Position numbers and translations under genes: made by a program. 64,000 nt of DNA from positions 17,174,001 through 17,238,000 of the forward strand of contig NC_045704.1 in NCBI RefSeq assembly GCF_009834535.1, written 5' to 3'. Below are positions 1 through 18,125 of the stretch, in pieces. Below the pieces are notes generated by a model that searched no databases, was not told the DNA's origin, and saw only the letters and a list, made by a program, of their open reading frames with translations. The DNA comes from Camelus ferus. Lineage: Eukaryota. How positions within the stretch are numbered: the stretch's first letter is position 1; each line of letters opens with the position of its first letter.

Positions 1-148
1 GCTGCCTTGCGTTTCGCGAGCTTCATCTCTGGGGTATAGAGACAAGGGCAGGGACCATGAGGCCTCCAGAGACCAACGTAAACTTGGAGATGAGGGTACC
101 CACAGAGGCAGTAGGGCCTGGACTCCAGCAGCCTGCCTGCCTGCCTAC

Positions 149-3100
149 CTTGACGTAGATGATAGGGATGGTCAGCTTGGCCTTGGTAAAATGACGGGCC
201 ACCCGGTACACTGTCTCAGGCACATATTCCAGCACCAGATTTAGATAAAGCTCATCTTTCTGCAAAGGAGGGGTGTGAGGTATTGTGAGAAAAGAGCAAG
301 CAAGGAGGGAGAGGTTTGTGGGGAAAAATAGGGGAAGGGACTGAGTCATGAGAAAGGCAGGCAGGCAAACAAATGGAGTCAAGGTGGAGGACTTCCCTAC
401 ACACCGAGCTCTCACCTTCTCCCCACTGGAGTAGAAAAAGTATCTCAGCCTCACGATATTGCAGTGGTCCAGCTTACGCATAATCTGCAGCTCTCGGTTC
501 TTGGGGGCAAAGGGAAAGAGCTTCAGAAAACAACCAACTCTCCCTGCCTCCCCCCCCAGCACCCCTCACCACAGCCCTGCTCACTGTTCCTGCCAACAGA
601 GCCAAGCAGCCACTCCCTGTGTCCCAGATCCAAGGCCCCCTGGGGCAGCCCCCAATTCCTCACCCCCAACCCACTCCCCTCACACAGAAGCTGGAGGCCT
701 CTGGGCTAACCTAGACCACTTGTATGTGCTTTCTTCAGCCTACTTTTAAAAAGTGTTTGATTTTTTGCTGACATTTGGAAATCAAATGACTTCACGTGTA
801 AATCTAAGCTTTCCAGCTTCTCTTGAAAAATTAGATGATGTGGCCACATGAGGCCCATCTCCCTGCATGGCACATGCAACAGCAGACAGATAGTGGCCAT
901 CCAGTTTACACTGGTCCCCACACCTCCCTATTGCTTTCACTGGAGGCATCTGGACCCTTGGACTCTGGCTTGAATCCTGAGTCCCAGTCTCCAGGCTTCT
1001 AATCCTCATCTTCCCAAAGGGGATCAGCCTCAACCTCTTCCAGAAGACCTAGCCTCAGCATTCTACCCTATGCTCTGTTCCCCTCAGGGGCCTCAGAATT
1101 CCCTATAGTTAGATCCCACTCACTTCTGGGACTTAACTATATTCAAATTCTGACCAGCATCCTGGAGCTTCTCCTGCCCCTGAGAGTTCTCACTGCTGAG
1201 CCCCAGGCTCTGACCTAGATCCCTTCAGCCCAGTTCTCCTACATCCAGACTAGCCTAGGATGCAGACTTCCAGTCCTTCAAACACCGATTATCCATCAGC
1301 TTCCACCTCTGCTATCTTCTTCCATTTCCCTGGGCCTCTGCTAGTTCACAGGGCACCTCTATATGAATGAGGAAAGGGGGACAGAGCCCCATACCAAAGC
1401 ACATGCAGCATAGTCAGGATTTCACCCTGCCCTTGCCAAACCCCTGGGGCAGAGCTTGACCTTCGAAAATACTCATCAGGCCCATCAGCCTCCTTTCTCC
1501 TCTGGGCAGGGTGTAACTTAGTGATTAAGATGAAGGGCCTGGGAATCAGATTCTCGTCTTGACCTTGGGCAATTCTTTTATCTGAGTCTCAGTTTCCAGT
1601 TTCTGCTTACTTAGAATGGGAATGACTACAGTACCTATCCTCAGAGAATCTTTGTGTAAGTTAAACTTGCCTATAAAGCAGTTACAAAGAACAAAAGTGC
1701 AATAAAAGTCAGCTTTGGGCTCTCCTGGAATACACATTCCCATCTTTCACACAACTCACTCCCTTCTTCTCTGGCCCATGTTCAGATCCCCTGTAGAAGC
1801 CCAAGTCCAGCACTCCTGCTGGAGTTCTCTCACCAGTTATGTGCAGTCAAACCTCCTTGTACCTGTTCCCCACAAGCTACCTTGAACCTCTTGTCCTGGA
1901 GAACCTTCTTGATGGCCACCAATTCCCTGGTGTCTGCCAGTCGTGCCTGGTACACGACCCCAAATGAGCCATTGCCAATCACTTTGATGTCTGTGTAAGC
2001 CACCTCCTGGGAGCGTTCCGGGCCTTGGCCTAGAGTGGCTACCACTGTGGTCACCTTCCCGCTGTCACCTGGGGAACAAAGGGAACACAGGATCTACTGA
2101 CCTTTCCCCCTCTGGCCACCACCCCAGCCTAGGGCTGTGAGAGGGAGGGAAATCTCTGCAGAAAGCTCATTGAGGGGGTTCTTTGTCCTTTCCCCATCTT
2201 TAAAGATGAATGCCTCCTAGTGCCCTTTCCCTCCTTTCCTTCATGGAACCCTAAATCCTGCCATCTCCTCCCATATGGGAGGATACTGACACATGAAACC
2301 TCTTGATGTTCAAGGCTTGATAACCCCCAATTTCCACTTCCAGTAAGCAGCATTCACTGGTCCCTCTTGATCTGAGGAGGCACGGACACTCCCAGATGTT
2401 GAATCCATCCACTGTGCACTAACAGCCCTCTGGCCCTTCCTCTGTGGATAGCCTAACCTAACCTCTTCCACCTGATAGCAGTAACCCTGAGGTACTTCTA
2501 CTTTAAGAAATCACTAACCTTTCTCACGGCTCGGGGGATAGTGATGTCAAAGTCCTCCCTAAGTGGAACTGGTAACTTCACCACTGGTTTCTGGTGACAG
2601 AAATGAATGACTCCTCCCATAATGAGTGCTAGTGCTCTGACTCTCACTTTTTGGGGGCAATTAGCTCTTAACCAAGTACTTTGGGGCTAGAAGGAGGCAT
2701 TGATGTGACCTCATCTGTTACCTGTAGTACAGAGCCCCAGAACCCTTCCTGCATATGAGTGGTCTCTAAAGGATGAGCACTATAGTGAGACTGGTGAACC
2801 TGACATCTATCATCAGGGGGCTATCCCAGCCTCAGTCCTTTGAAGGAAAGCTGTAATTCCCAAGTCCATTCTCTGAATGGCAGCAAAATTTGGTGACATT
2901 CTTGGGGGATAGTGACCCCTTTTCTTTGGGGAACTGATGAAAGGTTCCTCCCCTCAACAAGGTCACCGATGAATCAAATCCATTTTGAGGAGCCAGTGAC
3001 ACCTTCTTCTGGAGGAAGGTGATCCTGCATGTCACCGATGAATCAAATCCATTTTGAGGAGCCAGTGACACCTTCTTCTGGAGGAAGGTGATCCTGCATA

Positions 3101-4182
3101 GCTATTTTTCCAGATCACATCATATCTCAGAATAATGAAATGGGTATAATCTCACATCCCTATTCTATAGAGAAGAACTGTGACCCTCTCCCCCTATTCC
3201 ATTTCTTGTGAAAGAAGACCCACTAATCTTTTTTGATTAAGAGTGACTATGGACTTGCTCTGAAAGGTATGCTGACTTCCAATGTGTCCGTATTTCTAAG
3301 AAGTAGCAAGCATTAATTTCCACCATTGAGGGTACAATTCTACATATTATGAACAGGTAATGATACTAGGCCTAGCGTTTTAAAACAGAAGATGACTGGG
3401 TACCAGGTATAGAAAGGCCTGCCCCTGTTCTCTGGGACACAGCAAATCCTAACCTTTGCTTCTAAGTGATATTCACTCCAAATCCCCATGCTCTAAAGAG
3501 GAGCAAATTCAGATTCCCCTTCTGTGGCGATCTTATTCTTGTTGTCTTGGGGAACAATAACCCTTGAGTCCCATTTGCGAGCGATAATGACCCCCTAATT
3601 CTGTTCTCTAATGGATGGCAACATCAGATCCCTGTTTTGAAGGCTCAAGGACCCAAGACTTTAGTACTCGAAAAACAGGAAACTGTGACCCCTGTCTCTT
3701 AGAGGGTTACTAATTCTAATCCCAAACTCCAAGTGATGGTAACCCCCATTCCTTTCTCTGGGAGGGGTAAAGCTCAGATCCCAGTTTAAGTAGGCACAGT
3801 GACCTCGAGCCTCTCTCCGAGAGTAAAGAAGAACTTGATTGACGTCTGAAAGGCTTCAGGGACCCCCGATCTCCACCCGCCACGGGCGCCGTTAATACTC
3901 ACGGCCCAGCTTCACTCCCGGCGGCGGGAAGCTGGTGCCCGCACCGGGGCCGCTACTGCCTCCTCCGCCGCTGCCGCTGGGGCCACCCCCGGAGCTCGGG
4001 GCCACCACGCCCCCGCCCATGGCTCCGACTGACGCCTTCCCGCCGCCGCTGCCGCCTGGGCCGGAGGCCGAGCCCCCGGGGCCGCCGCCGCCGCCGCCTC
4101 CGCCGCCTGGCTCCGCGAACGAGCTGGTCCGCGCCCGGCCCGAGCCCCCGGGGCCGCCCCCTGAAGGCGCGCCACCGCTCAT
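149..4182 (-). CDS. GSK3A: Glycogen synthase kinase-3 alpha, exons 1-4 (3' part lies beyond the window start)
   Basis: Coding exons 4182-3903, 2068-1881, 499-416 and 259-149 (280, 188, 84, 111 nt), all GT-AG and in frame. The Gly-rich N-terminus [20 protein letters not shown] (Ser21 inhibitory motif) is alpha-specific. Kinase motifs [15 protein letters not shown] and [13 protein letters not shown] are present. Confidence 0.98.
730..920. mobile_element. Probable non-autonomous DNA transposon (hAT-like MER) relic
   Basis: ttccagcttctcttgaaaaa..gatgtggc motif typical of old MER elements. A related degenerate motif lies near 60860-61000. Family not assigned. Confidence 0.4.
1511..1670 (+). mobile_element. 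MIR relic
   Basis: gaccttgggcaattc..ctcagtttcc core. Confidence 0.65.
2962..3099. repeat. Perfect 69-bp tandem duplication
   Basis: 2962-3030 is identical to 3031-3099. Confidence 0.95.
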
Positions 4183-5975
4183 GGCGCCGAGCGCAGGCCC
4201 AGGCCGCGGGGCTCGGGCTGCCCGGGCTGCCCCCGCCTCTGCCGCCGCCGCCGCCTCCCCCGGGCTCCGGCCTCTTCCAGGCCGCGCCGCTCGGGCTCCG
4301 GCTCCGGCCCAGCGCCCGCCGCGAGGCACGCTGGGAGATGCAGTCCGCCTTCCCTTCTTGCCGCCGTAGCCGCTCTCCGCCCTCTCAGAGAGCTGCTTGG
4401 CACGCCGGGAAATGGAGTCCGCAAATACCTCAGAGTAGACAGGATGCTAGGTCGCGCTGCACGTCGGGAAATAGAATACTGGGCAGTAAGTTGGCCGACT
4501 GTGCAGACCACGGACTCTGAAGCACTTTCGGAAGCAGAGTTACAGTCTCACACTCACTCTGTTGCGGCAACCGGTCGTTCCTCGGTGTACCTCAGAAATA
4601 AACTCGCAGCCACTCCATCAGTGAGCAGTGTAGGCCTGATGCATTCTGGGACACGGAGTCCAGTCCCTCACTTAGGCTACTGGTTGTTTGCCGACCGGCG
4701 CCAGATGCACTCTGGGAAATTGAGTCCACACTGACGGACCCACAGATATCGGGCCGTGAGGCAAGCCGGGAAATGGAGTCGCCGCCACGCCCTCACCGCA
4801 TTGCAGGTGTAAAGCGACTCCCAAAGCACGCCGGGAAATGGAGTCCTATGTGATTTCCTAAGCCCCAAGTGGATACTGCAGTTCAGGAGATAGGCTAGGA
4901 AATGGAGTAGGTATAGCAGTCCCCCTCCGTTGTACGCTAGGCTGTAGTTCTTACTGGGAAATGTAGTCAGCACCAAGGCCTCAGAGAAGGTATTACATCA
5001 AGCCCTTTTGTCTTCTGGGAAATGGAGTTCAAGGCAGCCTTCCCACTGACTGAGGGAGAAGGGTCTACTAAGGATCCTGAAGCATGCTGGGGACTAGTCC
5101 AGACCGGATCCTGACCCTTTGTGAGAGGAGGCTGCAGAGGCTTGCCGGGAAGTGTAGTCTAATGGGTACCTTCGGGAGAGTGTGAGCGAAAGGTGAAAGA
5201 CGGTAGTCGCCTAGGGGAAACTGAAGAATGTTTCAGTGCTTCTTGTCCCGCCCCCAGGTCCCAAGAAAAGAGCCGAAGTCGATCAGGGGCTGCTGGAAAA
5301 TGGAGTCCAAACACTCTAAGCTCCAAGTGTCCACAAATCCAGGAGAAAAAACCCTTCCCGCAAACAATTTGGGAAACAAAGTTTCCGGCGGTTTCTCAGG
5401 ACTGTCTTGAACCCCTATTCAGGTTTTTACGTTCTTACGCTTTCTAAACTACAGGATCCCGGAAGGCCAAAAAGAAAAGCCGGCTGCTAGAAGTAGCCTC
5501 AGGTTTTTGTGCACGCATTATGTCTCCCCATTTACCGATTAATACCCGGAAGGACGGGAGCCTCAAAGCGCGCTGGGAAACAGAGTTCGTGCGCGCGCGT
5601 GCGTGCGTGCGTGCGTGTCCGTCCGTCCGTCCCGGAAATACTTGGAACCGGAATGAAATCACTCGCAGCTCCCCCTACCTCGTGGAATGATGGGAAATGG
5701 AGTCTCTAGACTTCACTTTAATCAGACCCTGTGATCACACTCACTGTTCTGCCCTTTCTGAAGCCTGAAAAAAGTCTGGGCCACTCGGTCTGTAGCTGAC
5801 CGCAATTCCCAGCCGACACAGACTCCATGGAGCCGGGCTGACAGTAGCGCTAAAGCCTTCTCGAACTACATTAACCAGAAGGCACAGCGCAGGCACACTT
5901 CCGCTCCATTCTCAATGAATGAGGCTATATCGCGCACAGCCTAGAGCGGGTGCTTCTGGGAGTTGTAGTAATTTC
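3880..5975. promoter_or_regulatory. GSK3A CpG island and upstream array of SBS-like (ZNF143/THAP11-type) motifs
   Basis: CpG-dense exon 1, then about 18 copies of a GCAnnCYGGGAAATGKAGTY-like motif between 4400 and 5970. Confidence 0.75.
5588..5632. repeat. (GC)n(GCGT)n(CCGT)n compound microsatellite
   Basis: Read directly from the sequence. Confidence 0.9.
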
Positions 5976-8130
5976 TCAGCCAAACAGTGCCGGCTGCCCC
6001 CTGACGGCGGCTCGGAGTCCAAAGGCAAAAATCTGAATCAAGCCCCAAAGCCTGGGGAATCCTAAACTGGACCAAGACGACCTACAAGGGCTGGCGAGCA
6101 GGGTCGAACTGCGGCAGTTATTTAACGGCCAGAACCCGTGGGACATGCGCAGGGGGCTGCGCGTGGGCAACCGCCAGAGGGGACTGGGGTCCGTGGGAGT
6201 CTGAGGCGTCAGTCTGAGGGAAACTTACCTGAATGCCTATACGAGCCGAGAACGTCGTTGAGGGGTGTTAGAGCGGGTTGTAAGTGGGTGCTCAGGGGAG
6301 TCCATGACTAGGTGAAGTGGTCTTACTGGGAACCAGTGAAGTCAGAGAAGACTTGGGGTGCCTATAAAAGGTCTGTAGAAGACCGAAAAACTACTGGTGA
6401 CTGAGGGGATCTCTGAGGGACCTGAAGAGGTGAGGGATGCTTGAAATGCGTCCGGAAGGAGCTTTGGGAGTCTGTAGGGATGCTAGGGGTTATAGGTATG
6501 AAGAGGGTCTCCGATGGGATGCATTAACTGAAGTGTCATGAGATTTGGACTTTCTACTTGGAATCAGAGATCCCAGAGGATGTGGGAAAGAGCAAGGGTA
6601 TGGTCTTGCAAATACTGAATAGATTTGGATGGGTCATTAAAGATTAGAGAAGCCGCTGGAGTTTTCAAGACCAAATGCCACCTGTGACATCTACTTAGCC
6701 AGAATTTGCCGCAGTAAGTCTGGCTGGGCTGTGGTCTGACCTGAAAGCAGTTCTGGAGCTGAGCACTTTTGAATCCATATTTGACCTGGCTTAGAGGTGC
6801 TTTGAAGGCTCTAGAATCAGGGGCTGAGACTACTAATCAGGGGCTTCCCTCCTCCACAAAGTGATGACATCCCCCTTTCTCCATCACACCACCACCACCA
6901 ACTCAGCTGCATCTGTGTTGCCAGGAGACATGCCTCATCCCAACTTCCAGAAATAGCCCAGTGGCCCCCACCCCAGGGAGTGACTTACATCACCCAGGAG
7001 AGGGAGCAGTTGCCCGCAGGCTGCCACAGGAGCCTGTTTTCTGCCAGTACCCCAGCCCTGGCTCTTCTCTTCACCGCCAACAGACATCATTTGGGACCAC
7101 CCACCCTGGGCAGCATGAAATGAGGATGAAGTGGAGTTGCCAGTTCCTTCCCCCTCAGGGTGAGTTTCAGTGAGGCCAGTCCAACAGGCCCTGAGCCCTC
7201 AGTTCCCACTCCATCTCTTAGCACCTGTGTGGCCTTGGGGAAACCCCTTCCCCTCTCTGGGCCTCAGGCACCTCACCTGCACCAAAGGGATCATGCTGTC
7301 TCTAAGGGCACCTCCAGCTTGGATTCCTCCTCCTGATTCTTTCATCTCTGATTCAAGTTCTCTAACTTGGGCTTCTAGATCTATGGCCTCACTTTTTGGA
7401 TCCTATGACCTTGAGGTCCTGGTCTTGATCCAATCATCCTGGCTTTAGGAAAACTTAGTTGTTGGAAGAACATAGGCTTCAGAGACTGACCTCATTTATA
7501 GTCCTGGCTGGACCTAAGGCCTTGGGCAAGTCATTTAAGTCAGCCACTTGCCCCCACCTTGCTGGTGGAGTGTGTTCCAATGGTTTGATAGAAGATCACT
7601 AAGGTACTTTGCAAGGTTCTACATTCAAGACATACTGCAGGCCTGTTGCCAAAAGGCTCCCAGATTAACTCAGAAGGGCCCTTAAGGAGAGTGATGTGTG
7701 GGAGGACGCTAGAGGTAATGCAAAGGAACTCCAGTCCTCCACCAGAGCCTGGAGGCATGGATAGGAATTCGGAGAGGAAAGGCATTTTAAGGCCGAAGAG
7801 CAAGGGCAATGCTGTGGTGTTTTAGTCCTAAGTGCACCCAAGGATGAGCTGATCCCCCATTTAAGATGGGTGCAGTCAAGAGGGCCAGAGTATGCCTAGG
7901 ACCTTCATCACCAGGTATGGGGAGTTAAGTGCCCCCCCAAAGTCAGGAATTCATTTCCCAGGCCTAGATTTAACCCATTTAGATGGGGTTAGGCCCTCTG
8001 GCAATAAACCCACAGTTGGGGGGTGGGGTCCAGTCCAGGCCCCTGTCCTTAAGAACCAAGCAAAGGCTGTGGCCCTGTGGTGGCTGCACCCAGCACCCAG
8101 GACAGGTCACTGCATCCAAAGGTCCAAAGT

Positions 8131-8136
8131 TTTATT
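8131..8136 (-). terminator. ERF: ERF polyadenylation signal AATAAA
   Basis: tttatt on the + strand, about 850 nt past the stop codon. Confidence 0.75.
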
Positions 8137-8985
8137 GTTTTGAATACATTCTCCAGCAGCCCCCAGATTCCCTCCCCACCACCCTCCATCCCCAATACAG
8201 AATAAGGCTTGACCATAGACCCCCACCCCAGGGGCCCCAGCTGAGAGGCAGAGGGGGCTTCCAGTTTGGTTTCAGGGCACCCCCTCCCCACCCGCCTGCC
8301 TAAGGGCTAGTCCTAGGAGCAGCTGGGGGTGAAGGGTTTGGACCGGTGCTGGGGTGGGGAGGAGAGGGATAGCAGGCACTTGTAGAGATTTGTGGCCTAT
8401 GGGCGGCACCCCTCACCCTCCTCTGCCCCCCACCCTCCCCAACACGGAATTTTTGGTTCATCATTAAAATGTCCCTCCCTCCCCTGCTGCAACCCTGTAG
8501 GGTATGAGAAATCCAGGCACTCATGGCCCCTGGAGGGGCAGGGAAGGCAGGACTGGGGCTGAGGATGGCCGGGGGGTGGAGAGAGGTACAGGAGGCAGAG
8601 AACAGGGAGGGAGACAAGGCTTTACTTCCTAAACGATTGTAATAAAAAAGTTCCTGGGCTTTGAGGCCAGAACCTCAGTTCAAATATAAATTCCCCAGAA
8701 TGGAGGTGGCCCCCTTAAGTTCCCCCTCCCTCCCCCCACCACCACTTTGCCCGGAGCTTAGTAACCCATGGAGACAGGGGACAGCCCCCAGCCCTGGGCA
8801 CCCACCCACCCACACCATTAAAAAAAAAAAAAGAAATTAAAAGTTTTATACAAAACATGGGGGAGGGAAAAGGGAGGAGGCAGGGAAGAGACTAGAAAGC
8901 TGCCCTCACCTCCAGGGCATGGGGGGGTTAAGGCAGCAAAAGAAGCATGGGGGGTGGGGGGAACGGGGTCCCCTGTCCACAGCCC

Positions 8986-15529
<6,544 letters not shown>

Positions 15530-17149
15530 GCTGTGGGGCCCCGGGCGAGGCGCCCCGACTCCGGGCCGCAGCNNNNNNNNNNNNNNNNNNNNNNNNNNNN
15601 NNNNNNNNNNNNNNNNNNNNNNNNNNNNNNNNNNNNNNNNNNNNNNNNNNNNNNNNNNNNNNNNNNNNNNNNNNNNNNNNNNNNNNNNNNNNNNNNNNNN
15701 NNNNNNNNNNNNNNNNNNNNNNNNNNNNNNNNNNNNNNNNNNNNNNNNNNNNNNNNNNNNNNNNNNNNNNNNNNNNNNNNNNNNNNNNNNNNACTCGCCG
15801 GCTCTCAGCCACTGAGGACCGGCCGGCTCTGGGCTTAAAGGGGCCGCGCGACGGGGGTGGGGAGTAGGGGGCGGAGGAAGGAGGGGGCAGAGGTGGGATG
15901 GGGTCCTAGGGGTCATGACCCTTCTCTGAGGCTCCAAATCTGCGGATAACTTATGTCCTCAGGACCCGCGACGTGCCGCCCCTCCTCCTCTCCCGCCCAT
16001 TGCGGGAGTCCAGACTTTCTTTGGAAGCCTGTAAAAGGATTTGGGGGGGTACCTTCTGATGGGTGTCAGAAACATTTCTAAGGAGGACGTATGAACCTTT
16101 TGGGAGGAGGCGGAATCTTTTCTGCTGAGGGGCCAGGTCAAGACCTTGGAGGATGATCAAGACCACATTTCCCAGCCTGGCCTTACCTGGCACCCCCAAC
16201 CCTGAGCCTGAATGGGAGCAGCTGTCCAGGGGTGCGGTGGAATGAGTGGGAAGCATTTCCCAGTATCGGAAATGGGGAGGCGGCTGTGTTCTCCGCTCCT
16301 CCGGGGATGGGGTCTTGTCCTTCCATATAGCCCCAATCCCAGCTGGGGAGGAAGTGACCAGAGAGAATGCACTCGGGAGCACCCCCATCCCCAGACTGCA
16401 GCTGTCCTAGGGACACGGTGGCCCCTCCGGAGGTACCCCCACCTCCACCTCCAGGGCAGGGGGTTCCGGAGGTGGAGTCAGGATGCGTGGGGGTGACCAA
16501 AGTCTGAACAAATGTGCTCCCAAGGGGCACTGGGGGGTTGCCAGGAGAGAGGAAGGCAGGGCTTAAGGATGAAGGCCAGCGCGTAGGGCAGTGTTAAGAC
16601 TGTTCTCTACAGCTGGGAGGAATGGATGGAGCCTGAGAATTCGGGGAACAGGAAATCAGCAATGATCAGATGGCCAGTAGGAGCCAGCAGCAGCGGGGTA
16701 GAGGGCAAATAGAAGCTATATTCACAGGCTAAGCCAGGAAACAGTCTCAAATAAGACTGAGGTACCAAAGAAGAGAAATGGGGCGGGGCCGGGGCGGGGA
16801 GGTGGAGGGAGAGTGCTGCAGGTGATGCTCCGAGAGCCTAAGACAGAGTAGATAGGGTGAGAGGAACTGGTCACTGAGAGGGAAGGCCTAAAGGGTCAGG
16901 CTCTGAGTTCTTATGGCTTCAAGGCTAGCTCCCGTTGCTGGGTTCCTAGCTGTGTTAGAGCTGTCCCTCACCCAGTGCCTCAGAAGTCTCAGGCCTCTTC
17001 CACAGGGAAACCAAGGCCTCTGGGGAAACATCAACCCCTGGGGAATTATGTAACCTTGCCTACGGACAGTGAAGCTCCCCCACGGATATTGTAACCCTCT
17101 GGGAGCAGTGTGGTCCAGCAATAATAATCATCATCATTGTTATTATAAC

Positions 17150-17340
17150 AGCTCCCGAATTACAAACGCTCATGATGTGCCAGGCACTGGGCCAAGCATT
17201 GTCAGGGCATCTTATTCAACCCTCACAAAACCCCAAAGAAGGGAATTACTATTGTTAGCCCCATTTACAGATTAAGAAAGTGAGGCTCTGAAAGTGTTGG
17301 AGTCAGGATTCCAACCCAATATATCTAGCTGACTCAAAAT
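17150..17340 (-). mobile_element. MIR relic
   Basis: gtgccaggcactg..ccccatttacagattaagaaagtgaggctc. Confidence 0.75.
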
Positions 17341-17437
17341 CACCACCCTTAACCTCTGTATTTTACTACCTCCTTTTCTGCCCCAACTCAGAAAAAAATG
17401 ATGCAAAGTTTAAAAGATAATAGGTCTGTAACAGCTT

Positions 17438-17928
17438 TGTAATAGAGAAAAACAAATCTGAACAAATCTGAATCTACAGTAGATCTGTTTCTTTTACTTT
17501 AAACTTTGTATTCTATTACTTGTTAATCGCTAAAGGAATGTTGCCTATATTATACATGCAGCTTAGATTATACGTAATGGCCCATCTCTGGGAACCTTGC
17601 CTGCCAGGTAATGAGCATTAAGCTAAAGTACCTTTGTTCAGCTCACAGGAAGCATCCAGACCAGGTCCACCAGTAAATGCCTGCAAAAGGAAGAAATTAA
17701 CACATCCCCCTCGGGGTCTGGCTGGAAACAGGACTTTACCCTCTTCCCTTTTAGTATAAAAGAAGCCTGAATTCAAACTCAGGGAAGATGGTTCTCTAGG
17801 ACATTAGTCCACCATCTTCTCTGTCTGCTGGCTTTCTGAATAAAGTTCTTCTTCCTTGCCCCAATACCTTGTCTCCCAATTTACTGGCCCATTGTTTGGT
17901 GAGCAGAATGAGTTTGGACTCAGTAACA
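17438..17928 (+). mobile_element. Solo ERV1 LTR, MER41-like
   Basis: TG..CA ends (tgtaatagagaaaaacaaatctg ... tttggactcagtaaca), near-identical 4-bp TSD gctt/gcct, TATAAAA at 17755, AATAAA at 17839. The 3' part resembles artiodactyl MER41-like LTRs as I recall them. Confidence 0.8.
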
Positions 17929-17974
17929 GCCTCAGTGACCCCTACAGGGGTTGCAACCCTAACTCTGCTATTTC

Positions 17975-18125
17975 CTGTATGTGACAAAGAGCAAGTGAAT
18001 TTACCTCTTTGAGCTTCAGTTTCCTCATCTGTAAAATAGGGATTACCAATAGGCCCTACATGATTAGGCTATTGTGAGAAATCAGAGATTTGATGTAAGT
18101 ACACAATAAATACTGGTAATAATTA
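17975..18125 (+). mobile_element. MIR relic
   Basis: gagcttcagtttcctcatctgtaaaatagggatt. Confidence 0.75.

Noticed and set aside
3150-3830. Decayed roughly 30-bp repeat in GSK3A intron 1 (recurring gaccc/gatccc)
   Set aside because: Suggestive, but too degenerate to support by eye.
4183-4329. 49-aa in-frame N-terminal extension of GSK3A from a GTG
   Set aside because: Near-cognate start at the probable transcription start. An open frame is expected in very GC-rich UTR and there is no independent support.
4400-5160. CRISPR array (repeat plus unique spacer layout)
   Set aside because: Mammalian DNA with no cas genes. The repeats are degenerate, non-palindromic and match a transcription-factor motif. 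Reported as a motif array instead.
6363-6370. TATAAAAG as a snRNA-type or independent promoter
   Set aside because: No PSE or recognisable RNA gene downstream. An isolated octamer is uninformative.
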